Shown here: piece by piece, positions 39,089-52,079 of the stretch
How the letters are laid out: each line of letters opens with the position of its first letter
Position numbering within the stretch: the stretch's first letter is position 1
Source of the DNA: Stegostoma tigrinum
Lineage: Eukaryota
Direction: 5' to 3'
NCBI RefSeq assembly: GCF_030684315.1
Contig: NC_081372.1
Location: forward strand, 30,705,481-30,769,480
DNA length: 64,000 nt
Translations under genes and position numbers: made by a program
The notes under the pieces: model-generated
Databases searched by the model: none
The model's input: only the letters and a program-made list of their open reading frames with translations
Told to the model about the DNA's origin: nothing

Positions 39089-39401
39089 TCAGCTACAGGA
39101 CAAAGATAAAACACATAAATATGTTACTGAGGATCCATTAAAACAAGACAAGGTAAACCTTAAAACTTCACAATTAATTATCAAAAACAAAATGGAAACC
39201 AAGCAAGAAAAAAAGACTTGCATTTACAGAGTGCCTTTTACAACCACACACAGACATGTACTTTACAGTTAAATAACTTGAACATAGTCACTAATTTTGC
39301 CTCTCAACTGTACAAGTGCAAGTCCTGCAGCAACCATGATGTGGGTGCACAAGAGACAGTTATGAGGGTAAGATTCCTTTTAAGATGTATGCACGTATGG
39401 G

Positions 39402-39671
39402 TGCTCTTCAGTGCACATTAGAGGAGGGGAACAAAATACGAATGTTTCCGAGAGTGCCATGGGTGACCGTTATTTCTAACACAAGCTCACTTTCATGTAT
39501 GTACTACTATCTTACATCATTACCTGTCTTATCAACAATCACAGTAACTGCAGCTACAAGGTTCAGGTTCACTGTCCTCATGTCATACCACCTCAGAACC
39601 CTCTCCAAGAGATTTCTACTTTCTGTGATACCCTGTGTAGCATTACATATTCTCAGTGTTCAAAGCTTTCA
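39402..39671 (+). repeat. 270-bp direct repeat, copy 1
   Basis: Matches 40103-40372 with about 5 substitutions. Confidence 0.95.
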
Positions 39672-40102
39672 CACTATGTGAAAATACCTCAGAAGTTACA
39701 TCGGTAGACATAGTTTTAATGCAGGAAATGTGATAGCCAATTTAAGGACAGCAAGCTGCAACACAGCAATAATACTGATATTAACCCAGTGAACAGAAAA
39801 GCTGTTTTTATGATGTTGAAGAAGATATTGATTTCCACGAAACAGTAATTTGGGACTGAAGTTCACCAAAAATCAATTAAGAGTCAAGTTCAGGCACTTT
39901 CATGAAGGGGAACTTCTCTTGTTAGCAAAAGCTTCTTTCTCCAACATATTTCTCAGCTGCTTATCTGATTATGTATGCCCTGTCTCTCTGGTGCTCCATT
40001 CATGTGACTATTGAGTGAGCAAAGACAGAAATATATACCATTACACTGACATCATGCTACCCTATTTAAAGTCAGTCATTCCAGCAGGTACAAAATAGGA
40101 GA

Positions 40103-40372
40103 TGCTCTTCAGCGCACATTGGAGGAGGGGAACAAAATACGAATGTTTCCGAGAGTGCCATGGGTGACCGTTATTTCTAACACAAGCTCACTTTCATGTA
40201 TGTACTACTATCTTACATCATTACCTGTCTTATCAACAATCACAGTAACTGCAGCTACAAAGTTCAGGTTCACTGTCCTCATGTCATACCACCTTAGAAC
40301 CCTGTCCAAGAGATTTCTACTTTCTGTGATACCCTGTGTAGCATTACATATTCTCAGTGTTCAAAGCTTTCA
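40103..40372 (+). repeat. 270-bp direct repeat, copy 2
   Basis: Matches 39402-39671 at offset 701. Confidence 0.95.
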
Positions 40373-40859
40373 AATCGTTAAAAATATTCACTTTATCTAA
40401 CAATAGCAAAGGCTAAGAAAAAAACACAAACTAAAATAGAAGCTATGTTTGCTTCTGAGAATGGACAGAAACAATCTTTCAGGCAACTACAAACTTGCTG
40501 TCAATGATCACTGCACCCAGTTCAGTTGGAACCAGCGTTAATTAAGTCTTCTCTGGTTTGCCATGCCCAACACTGCAGCACTCTGTCATGCCAGGACAAG
40601 GTCCCACCAAACTGATCCATCAGAAAATCTATCACCTGCTGCACACCAGCCTTGGTGGAAGAATGAGCTGAACTGCATCTATGCACTGCCCCAGTCAAGA
40701 GGTTGTGTAATACAGTCATTTGCCATGGCTGCAGAAGGCAGTCTTCGTCCCACTGCAACTAGCCTTGTGAGGAATTCAGCCCTTGAAACAAAGCAAGAAC
40801 AAAAGGTATCGAGGATACAGGCATCATGTCAACTCCTAGAGTACATCATACAGACTTCT

Positions 40860-41135
40860 CAGATCACAGAACTACTATGGTGCAGAAAGAGGCCAATTGA
40901 ATCATCATTCCTATAGCTGTATCACTAACTAGTATCATTTGCATGTTTTTTTACCCCATATCTATGCATACTATCTCCATAATATCCAAATAAACACCCA
41001 ATGCCCTTCTGAATGCCTCAATTAACCTTGTCTCCACCACATTTCTAGACAGCACATTCCATACCCTAACAATTTGCTGTGCGAAAACGTTTTTTCTCAC
41101 AAATCTTTGCATCATTTGCACATCCCTTAACCCAA
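40860..41135 (-). mobile_element. CR1 3' end fragment
   Basis: RKNVFAQQIVRVWNVLSRNVVETRLIEAFRRALGVYL (CR1 ORF2 C-terminus). Confidence 0.7.
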
Positions 41136-41244
41136 TACAGATAATCATTGATGACTTGTACATTGATGGAATGGAATCATGTACTCTCAATGCGTTGTGT
41201 GTATAGTCTGTAGCACACTGAACTTGGGGCAAGCTAAGTTGACA

Positions 41245-41790
41245 ATGCCTACTGCCTGAGCTGCAGTGCTGACTTCATCATGGGGAAAATGAGATAAACC
41301 TGTGACATCTGCCATAAATTGCATTGGCAACAGTGTTAACAGATTTGTAGGTTGAAGGCTTTGAGATCCCACACAGGGTCTCACGGTATTTTTTTCAAAG
41401 CAGCCAATCGCATTAATGTTTAGTGCAACTGTCACTTTGGATAGCCACCCACAACTCAGGTCACAGATCACACATCATCTGTTGGCACAGTTCTGTGACA
41501 ATGTCTCAGGATCACCTCAGTCTGTGGCAACAATGCACCTCGTTCATCTAATGGAAACAGCACAGGATGATAGGCTGCTTACTGCGTGAGCTGCGGCACT
41601 GACTTCATCATGGAAAAATAAGATAAAGCTGTGAGATCTGCCACAAACTATATTGCTAACAGGATGACCACCCACCCTTTCAGGCAACATATTCCAAATC
41701 AGCAGCTGGCATACTTCATAGCAGTGTCTTGAGACATCTTTAGTCTGTGGCAATATACCTTGTTCATCTGGGGGAAACGGCAGATTAAGA
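41245..41790 (+). repeat. Degenerate local duplication (two paired blocks)
   Basis: ACTGC.TGAGCTGC...CTGACTTCATCATGG.AAAAT.AGATAAA.CTGTGA.ATCTGCCA at ~41250 and ~41580; AGTCTGTGGCAA...ACCT.GTTCATCT...GGAAAC at ~41519 and ~41742. Confidence 0.7.
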
Positions 41791-43147
41791 AGTATCTGGA
41801 GCTTCTGCACCTCTCTGCATCCTGACAGGCCCTTCAGCTGTGACTTCATAACGAGGAAGCTGTTTGGCAACCACAGGAGGTTCTTGCCACTATCGGAATT
41901 GCTGGCACATCTGTTCCACCTTCATTTATCTGCATCTGCAAAACACTGCTGCCATAGCAATGATGACCTCTGCCGTGATTAGATCCATTGGATACACTTC
42001 CAATAAACCTATGATCACAAACAGATTAGGTTCTTAGCAATGTGAGCAGTCAGCACCACGCCAAAATGATGGGTTAGCACTGCATCAGAGTGGGACATGG
42101 AGTACTCCAACTGTGAGGGCCACAGAATGACTCTGCATGGATCTTTGACATAGGGAACCTGCTTCGAATGTATGCAAAGCAGCACTGCATATAACAGCAC
42201 GTTGGTGACTACTTACTGTTCAAGGTGAGACAGAAGTTGTGCAGGTTAGGTGGAGTAGCCATGGTAAATTGCCCCAGATAGTGTCCAGGGATGTGCAGGC
42301 TAGGTGGTTTAGCCATGTGCTACAGGGATAGGGTGGGATGCTATTGAGAGGATTGGTGCAAATTCGATGGGCTGCATGGTCTTTTACTAAACTGTACGAT
42401 TCTTTGATTCTATAATTAGCTTCATGCCTGATTTATTCAAATTCCCCTTGAAGGGCTTTATAACACTAATAAGTGGAGCACATCTTCTTGTACAGAAAAA
42501 TAAAACATCTATTTTGCCCATTTCAGCTGTGGTTGCATCTACTTTCCATTTCCATTGCATATTTAGAGCTCATAAGAGGAAAGAAGGCAACTCAGGATTT
42601 GCTTGCCAGTGAGAGTTGTAGGCTAGGCTGGTAATCAAGAAGTCTCAACAAAGCTCAACATTCCTTTCTTCCTGCACTCCCTGTTGACTTTCAACAATGC
42701 CCACTGTTGTTAATTTCACTTAGACTTTCATCTCTGAAATTACCCCTTGAGCTCCAGTCCTGCAGTTGAGCCATGCCAACCGACATGCTGCACCATCCTG
42801 CCAAAGCCAGGGTGGTTGTGACAGTCAATGACCAACCCATTCCCTCAGTAACTCATGCACCATTGTCTCACATCCCTTGTCTCCCTTTATTGCACCCTCA
42901 GAATCCCAGCATGATGCCTCCAATCTCCACAACTGACTTTCCCAACTGCCCTATTATTGTAGTTGCTCCTTACATACCCTGCCATAAGTTGACTCCCAGG
43001 GCTGATTATGGCTCATCCCCAATTGAGATGGACAATTAACCCCTGTGGATGAGTGACCAGACCTCTGACTAATCTATGCCATTCCCTGACTGACTGACAG
43101 TAAATCCCCAGTCTGGTTACACTTGACTGAATACATTATTCAGCTAG

Positions 43148-43275
43148 CTGAAGAAGGGTCCAGACCCGAAACGTCAGCTTTCCTGCTCCTCTGATGTAGC
43201 CTGGCCTGCTGTGTTCATCCAGCTCCACACCTTGTTATCTCAGACTCAAGCAGTGGCAGTTCCTACTATCTCTCA
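43148..43275 (+). mobile_element. Solo Penelope pLTR starting exactly at an intact hammerhead core (43148-43175)
   Basis: CTGAAGAAGGGTCCAGACCCGAAACGTCAGCTTTCC...GCAGTTCCTACTATCTC. Confidence 0.85.
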
Positions 43276-43664
43276 TGGTCACAATAACACTTTTTGAAAC
43301 TACTGAGTATAGTCAATCTTAGATTGTTATTCAATTCAAATGCAGAGCTGGGCAAGACACTTTAAAAAACATGTTAAAATTATATTTCCTCACATTCTTA
43401 AAGAGAATACACTTGAAAGGTTAAAATTTTCTTTCTCATTTCAAATAAGTTTGGAGTTTATCAATATATACAGTAAAAGGGGAAGCATTAGTGCCTAGTA
43501 AATCTCAGTATCAAATTCATGTTATAGTGTCAGTGAGGCCTCCAGCACAGAAAAAGGCCCTTCAGCTGACTGAGTCTACATGAGCTGAAAACATGCACCT
43601 AACTATTCTAATCCTATTTTCCCACACTTCTTGGAGACATGGGGGCAAATCCTACAATTGCAGG

Positions 43665-43930
43665 CTGTGAAAATTGAATTCAATTAAAATCCTGAATTAA
43701 GAACTAATCTAATGACGACCATGCAATCACTGTCAATTGTAGTAAATACCCCATTTGGTTCATTAATGTTCTTTGGGCAAGTTCATCTGCCATCGTTGTC
43801 TACTCTGGCCACAATGTGACTCCAGACCAATGTGGCTGACTCTTAAACCTGAAATATCTTAACAAGTTCAAAGGCAATAAGGGATGGACAATAAATGCTA
43901 GCACATCTCAGATCCCATGAATAAATAATT
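43665..43930 (+). mobile_element. Deu-like SINE, decayed
   Basis: TGTGACTCCAGACCAATGTGGCTGACTCTTAA...GGGATGGACAATAAATGCT. Confidence 0.6.
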
Positions 43931-45659
43931 TTTAAAAAAGCAAAATGCTGAATGTGCTGGAAATCTAAAATCTAAAGTAGAACCAAGGGGAATCACTCAG
44001 GTCTGATTGCATGTGTGAAGACAAGGACTGAGTTAACTTTTGAGCTTGATAATGAGCTCGATAACCCTTCACTAGCTCAGGTAAACCTGAAATGGTATAA
44101 TTCGGTTTCTCTGTTTACAGATGCTGCCAGATTTGCTGAGTATTTTCAACGTTTACTGTTTGTCATTAGCATGCAATGTTCACAAAAAAATTTAAAATGC
44201 ATTTGCTACTCCAAACCAAATCAGAATGCTACCATTAGAAATGATTTTTGCCCAAAGAAAGACGGAATATATAGATATTTAGGCACAATCTGAAAATGCA
44301 GTTTATTGCTAAGTTTTCACTTTGTAGTCAGCTGCAAATAACTATTGCTAGTTTTTACACCCGTACTTATTTTCTAGGTAAGGGTGCAGAAGCCTGCAGT
44401 TATTAGATCAAAAATGCATAGTATCTTTACTGGGAATCAGACTTTTGTGTCGCTGTAGTGAATTAAATGGAATAGTCTGAACAATAAAATGTGAAGTAAA
44501 ATCGTCAATTTCACTTCAAATCATGTACAGAAAGTAAGAGTGAAAGCAAAAAAGGGGTGGACAAAGTGTATGACAGGGATAGAAAGAAAAAGTAAAAGTC
44601 AGTATTTTCTGCTCAATTTTGTTGTCACATTGAAATCAGAGATTGGGGCTCACTTCTCACTCTATCACTATATCGCATGCAAATAAAAGCAATTCACCAA
44701 CTGACAGCAGTCAATACCATAAGTAACTCACCAATATCTAAAGGGTTCAAGTCATCATACAAATCTCACAGAAGATGCTGCAATGAAGGGTTTTTGCAAG
44801 ATCACAAACAATAGTTACCAAAGTTATTTTTGTCGGATGAGTTTACATCTTCTATCTGCTTGTTTTACTTCACTGTGTTTACAATGTTTCCATTTCAAGT
44901 TATAGATAATTATTTTAAATATTGGACGCTACTAAACTATGCTACACTTCTCTCATAACTGTGTTTTGCACATTGCCCGAAGTATATACCAGTATGGCTA
45001 AAATATTCGAACTCCTTTGCATAATGGTTAGACAAGACACTTTTTCAGTCTTGGAAAAGCACATCCTGACAGATCAATGAGCAATTTTAATTACTGTTCA
45101 AATGTAACAGATTTCAACCAGTGCAACAAAGCAGCAATTACAATTCTGTACTGCAAAAGTTTTGAGTTTGAAGTAAACTATAAACCAGGCATTACAGCTT
45201 TAAACAATTATCTTCTCTTTTTTAAAAATTAGCTCACTTTCATTATTTCTTATTTTCTAAAATGGTCTGATAAAAAGTCTTCCAAACTATACACAAAGAT
45301 ATTTAATACAGGGCAAAGCCTGCCAATAAAGTTTTTTGTGGTGCAGTGGTGGTGCCCCTACCTCTGGATGAAAAATGTGTGTTCAAGACCCACTCACCCA
45401 AGGTGTGTGTTGCAACATGTCTGAGTTCTTATGATATAGTGGTAGTATCCCTATCCCTGAGCCAGGAAGCCAAGTTCAGATTTCCCCCTGCTACTGAGCT
45501 GTCTCAGACTATGTCTATACAGATTGATTGAAAATAAAAATATTTTAAAGTTGTACACATAGTTGGTAGCTACTATTCATCTATTTTGAAATTACCTGCA
45601 TTTTATCATCAAGAATTTGCAGATCCATCTGGAGAATTGTGTCTCCTTCAATTCAATCT

Positions 45660-46135
45660 AGTTAGGTAATAGCTCGATATTGCGCAAAGTTCTGGTCACC
45701 ATACTATCGAAAGAATGAGATTATTGCAGAGAGGGTGCAGAACAGCTTCACCAGAACGTTGCCTGGATCACAGCAATTCAACTATGAAAACAGTCTAGTC
45801 AGACTGGGGTCGTTTTCCTTAAAGCAGAAAGGGTTGAGGGCTCGATCTAACTGTGGTGTGCAATGTTCTTAGAAGCATATATCAGGATAAAATTTTCTCT
45901 TCAGTACCGACATGAATAACCAGGGGCACAGTTTTATGGTAAAGGATAGAAAGTTTAGGTAGATGAAGAAATTGTTTCTTCCTCAGATTGTTGGGGTATC
46001 TACAACTCACTGCCTAAAATGGTCATAGACGCAGGAACCCTCAAGATATTTATAAGTAATTTAGATGAGCCTTAGAACACCATACCATAGAAGCTGTGGG
46101 CAGACTGTTGGAAAATAGGATTAGAACAAATGAAC
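45660..46135 (+). mobile_element. CR1 3' fragment, decayed
   Basis: AGTTCTGGTCACCATACTAT...GAGAGGGTGCAGAACAGCTTCACCAGAACGTTGCCTGG (QFWSP.Y...ERVQ..FTR.LPG). Confidence 0.7.
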
Positions 46136-46139
46136 ATTT

Positions 46140-48192
46140 GATTACAGAAAGCAGTACAGTGCTGGTCTGAGGCAAAAGAGCTTTTACATTACAGTTTGGA
46201 ATCAGTGGACTTGACTATATTCAAGAATTCAGTAACCAATCTAAATGAGTATGCCATGACTGTTACAGACTTTATTACCAAGTGTGTAGAAGACTGCATG
46301 CCAAAGATGATGATCCAAATGTTCTCTAGCCAGAAACCATGGATAAACCAGGGGATCAACTGACTACTGAAGTCCAGGTGTGAGATGTTCAAGTCAGACT
46401 ACCCTGACTTTTACAGGAAATTCAGATACGACCTCCATAAGGTCATTAGAGGCACCGAGAGGCAATACTGGACATAGCTGGAGACCTGAACGAACCACAG
46501 GGGCATCCCCCCTTCCCCCATTTGTAGCAAGGCTTACGTGACATAAAAGGCTACAAAGTGATGCAGAATTGAATAACCAACAAAAATATATCCCTCCTTG
46601 ACATACTCAATGCATTCTACACTCATTTCAAACGGGTGGTCAGTGAAACCATATCTGTTCCACCAGTCACTGCTGCAGACATCAGATCAACCTTTTTGAG
46701 TGAACCAATGGAAAGCAATTGGACCAGGTGAAGTCTCCGGCTATGCACTCAAATTCTGCACGTGCCAGCTAACAAGAGTATTCACTGACATCTTTAACCA
46801 CTCCCTAATATGACCTGAAGTCCCCAGCTGCTTCAAGAAGATCACCATCAACCTGGTGCCAAATAAAACACATAGAGCATGACTCAATGACTACCACCCC
46901 ATGCCTCTGACTTCCATAATTAAGTGTTTCAAGAGGTCAGTCATGGTTCACTTTGAATCTAGCTTCCCAGCCTGCCTTGATCCCTTCAAATTCACCAAAC
47001 TTCACAACAGGTCCACAGCAGATGCCATCTCCCTGGCTCTGTTATCCAGATGTTCCAGGGATGAGTACAATGTCAGCCTCCTACTTATTGACCACAACTT
47101 TGCCTTCAACACCATTACTGCAACAAAACTAATGTCCAAGCTCAAAGACCTCAGTCTCTGTTATACCTTCTCCAATTGGATTCTTGACTTCCTGACCCAT
47201 GGAACACAATCAACAAGAATATGCAACAACATCTCTTCCATGATAATCCTCAATACTGGCGTCCCACAAGATTGCATGCTCAGCCCCTCATTATACTCCC
47301 TATTCACTCATGACTGTGTGACCAATTCATGTCCAAACTCCACCCGCAAGTTCATCAACAAGACTGTTGTCATTATTGAGATCTGGTCTACAAGACAGAA
47401 TACAGGAAAGAGATAGAATGCTTGGAAGCATGGTGTAAAAATAATAAACCTCTCCTTCAACGTCAGCAAAATGAAAGAGCAGGTCATTGACTTCAGCAAG
47501 CAAGGTGCAGGGCATGCCCTTGCCTACATCAACGGTGCTGACGCGGAGATGGTCTAGAGTGTCAAGTTCCTAATAGTGATGATCATCAATCTATTCTGGT
47601 CCACCCACACTGATGTTATAGACCAGAAAGCACAACAACATCTCTATTTCCTCAGGAGGTTAAGAAAATTCAGCACACCCATTAAGATGCTTATCAATTT
47701 TTATAGAAGGACCATAGAAAGCATTCTATCCAGATACATCACAGCTTGGTTTGGCAATTTGCTTTGTACACAGGAGCACAAGAAACTACAGAAAGTTGTG
47801 AACATAGCCCAGTCCATCACACAAGCTAACCTTCTATCTACTGACTCCATTTATACTTCTCACTGCCTTGAGAAGACAGCCAACATAATAAAGGAACCCT
47901 CCAACCCGAGCTAGACTCTCTTCCATCAGGCAGAACATACAAAAGCCTAAACACACATATCAACATAGTCAAGAACAGCTTCTTCTCTGCTGTTATTAGA
48001 CTTCAGATTGGGTCTCTCAAATTTTAAATTTAATATTGCTCTCGCCGTTTGTGCGCCTTCTCTGCAACCATAACATTGTATTCTTTGCTGTCTTCCATTA
48101 CCCTAATGCATTTTGTATGGTATGACCTGCCTGCACTGCATGCAAAACTTTTCACTGTACCTAGGTACATGACAATAATAAATTAAATCAAA
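46140..48192 (+). mobile_element. Rex1/Babar-clade LINE, decayed ORF2 (RT) and 3' UTR
   Basis: QKPWINQ, NDYHPMPLTSII.KCFKR, NRSTADAISLAL, IDHNFAFNTI, WILDFLT, NTGVPQDCMLSP.LYSLFTHDC, KAQQHLYFLRRLRKF, FYRRTIESIL; tail GACAATAATAAATTAAATCAAA. Confidence 0.85.
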
Positions 48193-49444
48193 TTCCTTGC
48201 TGCAATACACTTGACTCTAATCTTATGATCACCTTAACTTGGGAATACTGGCTTCTGCAAAGAAGGTCCCTAAAAGGCAAATTTGAAATCTGAAGAAGGT
48301 TCCAGACCCAAAACATCAGCTTTCCTGCTACATTGTTATCTTGGAATGTGCACTGATAAGTTTAGAGAGGCAAGGGTAGGAGAAGGCTTATTTGAAGCAT
48401 AGATGCCTGTTTTGTCTTTAGACTTGATGAAGTTACATAAATAAATAATGGGGAACCACTGATTATACTAACTGGCACTTTTAATACAAAATGCAGCAGA
48501 ACAATACCTTCAGGTTAAATCATACATTGACAATACCAAAAAAAAAACTGGATATGTAACTTGAAACATTTTCTGAAAAGGCAAATTTTACTTTTGCGAC
48601 ATCAAAATATCAAACCTTTACCTTGGAGACTTCACTGGTCCATTAGATCATGCAGTTTTATCTTATTACAACTTACAGAATTCAAAAAAATTAATGTAGA
48701 AAGCACATTGGATCAAATTCCAAATGGACATAATAAATATCATCACAGACAATCATAGTATGCAAACAATGTATTAACAAATAGTCCAGGCATACCAACA
48801 ATATTATTGTGTGCACACCACATGCAGAGCAATATTAATACTGGTTTTGCTAAAACTACTCATATTTTCAGAAACTTATTCAGAGCAAATGGTCAGAACT
48901 ATTATCTAGATTGATTATCAGAGCTCAAAGGAATAAAGAAAATCAAATACCTAACTGAATTGAACTAACTGAGTACTAAGTACTCAAAATTTATGTTTCA
49001 GATAATAAAAATACTTTTGTTTTAAATGTGCTTTACATTAGAATGTTGGTCTTGCCACAACACAATACCCATCCATTCTGGCCTTTAGAAACTGATGGTA
49101 AACCACCTTCCTGAACCGCTGCTGTCCAAGTGGTACAGGATACCCATAGTATCTTTTTTTCGCTTTGGCAATGTGACATAAACGAGCAACTTCTAACTTG
49201 CGTCTGAAAACCATAAGCACACCTCCAGCTGATGAGCAATTTTAGTCCAGAAAAAAAAAACCACATGCTGTCATATGTAGCAGTTCAGGTAATGATGGCA
49301 GATTTTCACCCCTGAATGGCATTACTGTATGCAACAGTCTTATGAAAATCGATCAATTTCACAATAATCTTTAATAGGACTACCATTTTATTTATGATTT
49401 AACTAATTGAAATGTAACTACTAAATTTAAATTCGATCAACTAG

Positions 49445-49790
49445 GGGATGCAATGGGCTGGTGATACTATCACTGGGCTATTAATCCAGAAACCCAGGTA
49501 ATGTTCTGGAACCTGGGTTCAAATCCTGCTTTGGCAATTGGTGGAATTTGAATTCAGTAAAAAAATTTGGAATTAAAAGTCTGATGATGGCCATCAATGC
49601 CAATTGTTAGAAAAATCTGTCTGATTTACTATTGCAGGAAACGGCCATCCCTAGCTGATCTGGCCCGGCCTACATGTGACTCCAGACCACAGCAATGTGC
49701 GTGACTTTTAACTGTCCTCTGGGCAATGAGGAATAGGCAATAAATGCTGCCCTAGCCAGAGATGCCCTCATCCAGTGAATGAAAGTTAAA
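49445..49790 (+). mobile_element. tRNA-derived Deu-like SINE
   Basis: CCTGGGTTCAAATCC B box, GGCCTACATGTGACTCCAGACCACAGCAATGTG core, GGCAATAAATGCTGCCTAGCCAG tail; further fragments at 49050-49440 (minus) and 49900-50360. Confidence 0.75.
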
Positions 49791-52079
49791 ACAAAAAACT
49801 GCCATTGGTGTTACACTAATAATGTTGTTGACAAATAATCCATAGGCACGGTCTAATGATACACAACTGCAACTAAATTAATTTAAAATCCACCTGTTAC
49901 TAGTCATGTAATATTACCACTGTACTGCCAATGGTAGAATTTAAATTCAAAGAATAATTCCAAAATTGAAAGCCATTCTCAGTAATGATGATTGCAAAAC
50001 AACAATCAGTCATAAACTCATCTGGATCACCAACGTCCTTTAGGAAAGGAAACCTCACCTTTATCTGGCTTGGTCCATGTGCACTCAACACACGTGTTGA
50101 TATGGTTAACTCTGAACTGGCCATTGAAACTGCTTAAAGTCACTCATTTCAAAGACATTTAGGGCAAATGTTCAGTAATGCCATGCAAGGGAGAAAATCT
50201 GCTTTCAGTATCTGATCAGACTAAAGATCCTTAAAGCTAGATGAACAATTGTCCTTGCTCAGTCTAGTTTGTATGCGACTCCAATTCCACACCAATGTTG
50301 TTACTTTAGAGTCAATTACGGATGGGCAATACCTTGCCAGTGATACCCATTTATGAAAGAATACATTTTAAAAATGCTACTATTCTATGAACAGAACGTG
50401 TTATTTGGATAAGCATATTAATTCTCAATTCTAATCTGTACTTGCATAACCATAAGGCACAGACCTCAAACTGATGAAACTTTCAATGTCTGTCAGCATA
50501 AATTGGTGGTGAAACTGTACAAGCTACTGGTAGAGCAATATCCCAGTATCCAGTGCGTAACCCTTGTCATATATGACTACCGTAGAAGGCCAAGTTCTGA
50601 GAAAGATTCAGATTAATAATATAGATTTATACTTTGTATGTAACTCGATACATTCAAAAACATGCAACAAAATAATTCCAAACAGTTCAGCATCTCTGAT
50701 TCAAAGACAAGTCATTTCTTGTATTCTGAAAGAAGTGTTACAGGAATCTGTTCCTAAAAACTGGACTCAAATCTTCTGCCTCAAATTAGCTACAGTGTCT
50801 GAAAATCATAAGCAAACCTCCAGCTGATGAAAAAACATTATACGGTCGGTCGCAGACCGACGAAATTTGCATTAGATTCAGAACCATTGGTAACAGGCAA
50901 TGCAGATACACTTTATTATAAATGCTGTACTTTACAATGGATTAAGTGGAGTTTGAATATCTTGTCCTGAAAGCATATAAAAGCTATGTTGTCAAAATCA
51001 GCAGATTCTTCTGTACCTACGAGTCTCAGCTTTTGGGTCTGTCAGCCTTCCGACTGGAACATCAAGTTAAGTGCAGAGAAACAGCATCTTGACAGGTTAA
51101 CCAATTGTGATTTTGTTTTAAGCCTTCATTCCAATTACTGTTTCTGTTTCTCATTTTCATAAAACCTAAATTATTTCTCCAACCTCTCTAGCTTGCTAGT
51201 ACCAAAATTGTAATCCAGTCTCAAGGATTGTAAAATATAATTTCTTAAATATGTTGACAGCCTCAAACTCACATAAATTACCATTAATTCAGAACTTGTA
51301 TTACCAGCTGTGCAAGCAAAGTCCAGCGCTTAAATCATCAACCTGTCAGCCCATGTCCTAGCAAATTTACTTTAGCACCATTGTTCTCACTCCTCCCCAT
51401 CTCACCAAGCACTTCCATCTATGCTTTGTGACCACCCTTTTTCATGTCCAAACTTCACCTTCAGCTGCCTTTCCTTCTGCTACTTCAAGTCTTAAATTAA
51501 CCCACCTTGACAGTATGTTATAGCAATGCTATTACAAAATCTATAATTTCATTTTCAACTCAATTTCCTAACTATTCTTTACTTCTTTCCCACATCCTTC
51601 TTCATGCTTCACAGTAATCCAGGAAACATTGATGTATCTCTAGCACAGAAAGTAAACTGAAAAATGCAGGTTCATTCACGTCTAAGTAGGACATTCTGTT
51701 TGCTTACATTCAAAAAATGTAAACACACACATTCAAACTCTTCAAGTTTCTACATTTGAGAAATAAATTTGTCCTTTAATAAGATGACATACCGCTGTTC
51801 AAAACGGCCCCATTTTCATAAACTATAAAAAGGTACAAAAGTAACAAATGCCTCGACGTAGGTACATGTCGACCGTTTGTATTTCCATTTCAACAAGCTG
51901 AATCAATTCCTGGAATTTTTAAGCATAAAATTCGAATAACAATATCAAGATGCTCATCCCGAAAACTGTACATTTTCTCATGACCTTAAAGCGTGGGTTG
52001 TAATGAAGCATTAAAAACAAACTACGACAGAACAAAGTTTATATTGAAACCAAATTTGTAAATAAAGTGAAAGGACTAT

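Noticed and set aside
39385-40400. Paired 98-aa and 93-aa ORFs resembling duplicated small genes
   Set aside because: Result of the 270-bp duplication; antisense within a GID8 intron, no domain, no splice support.
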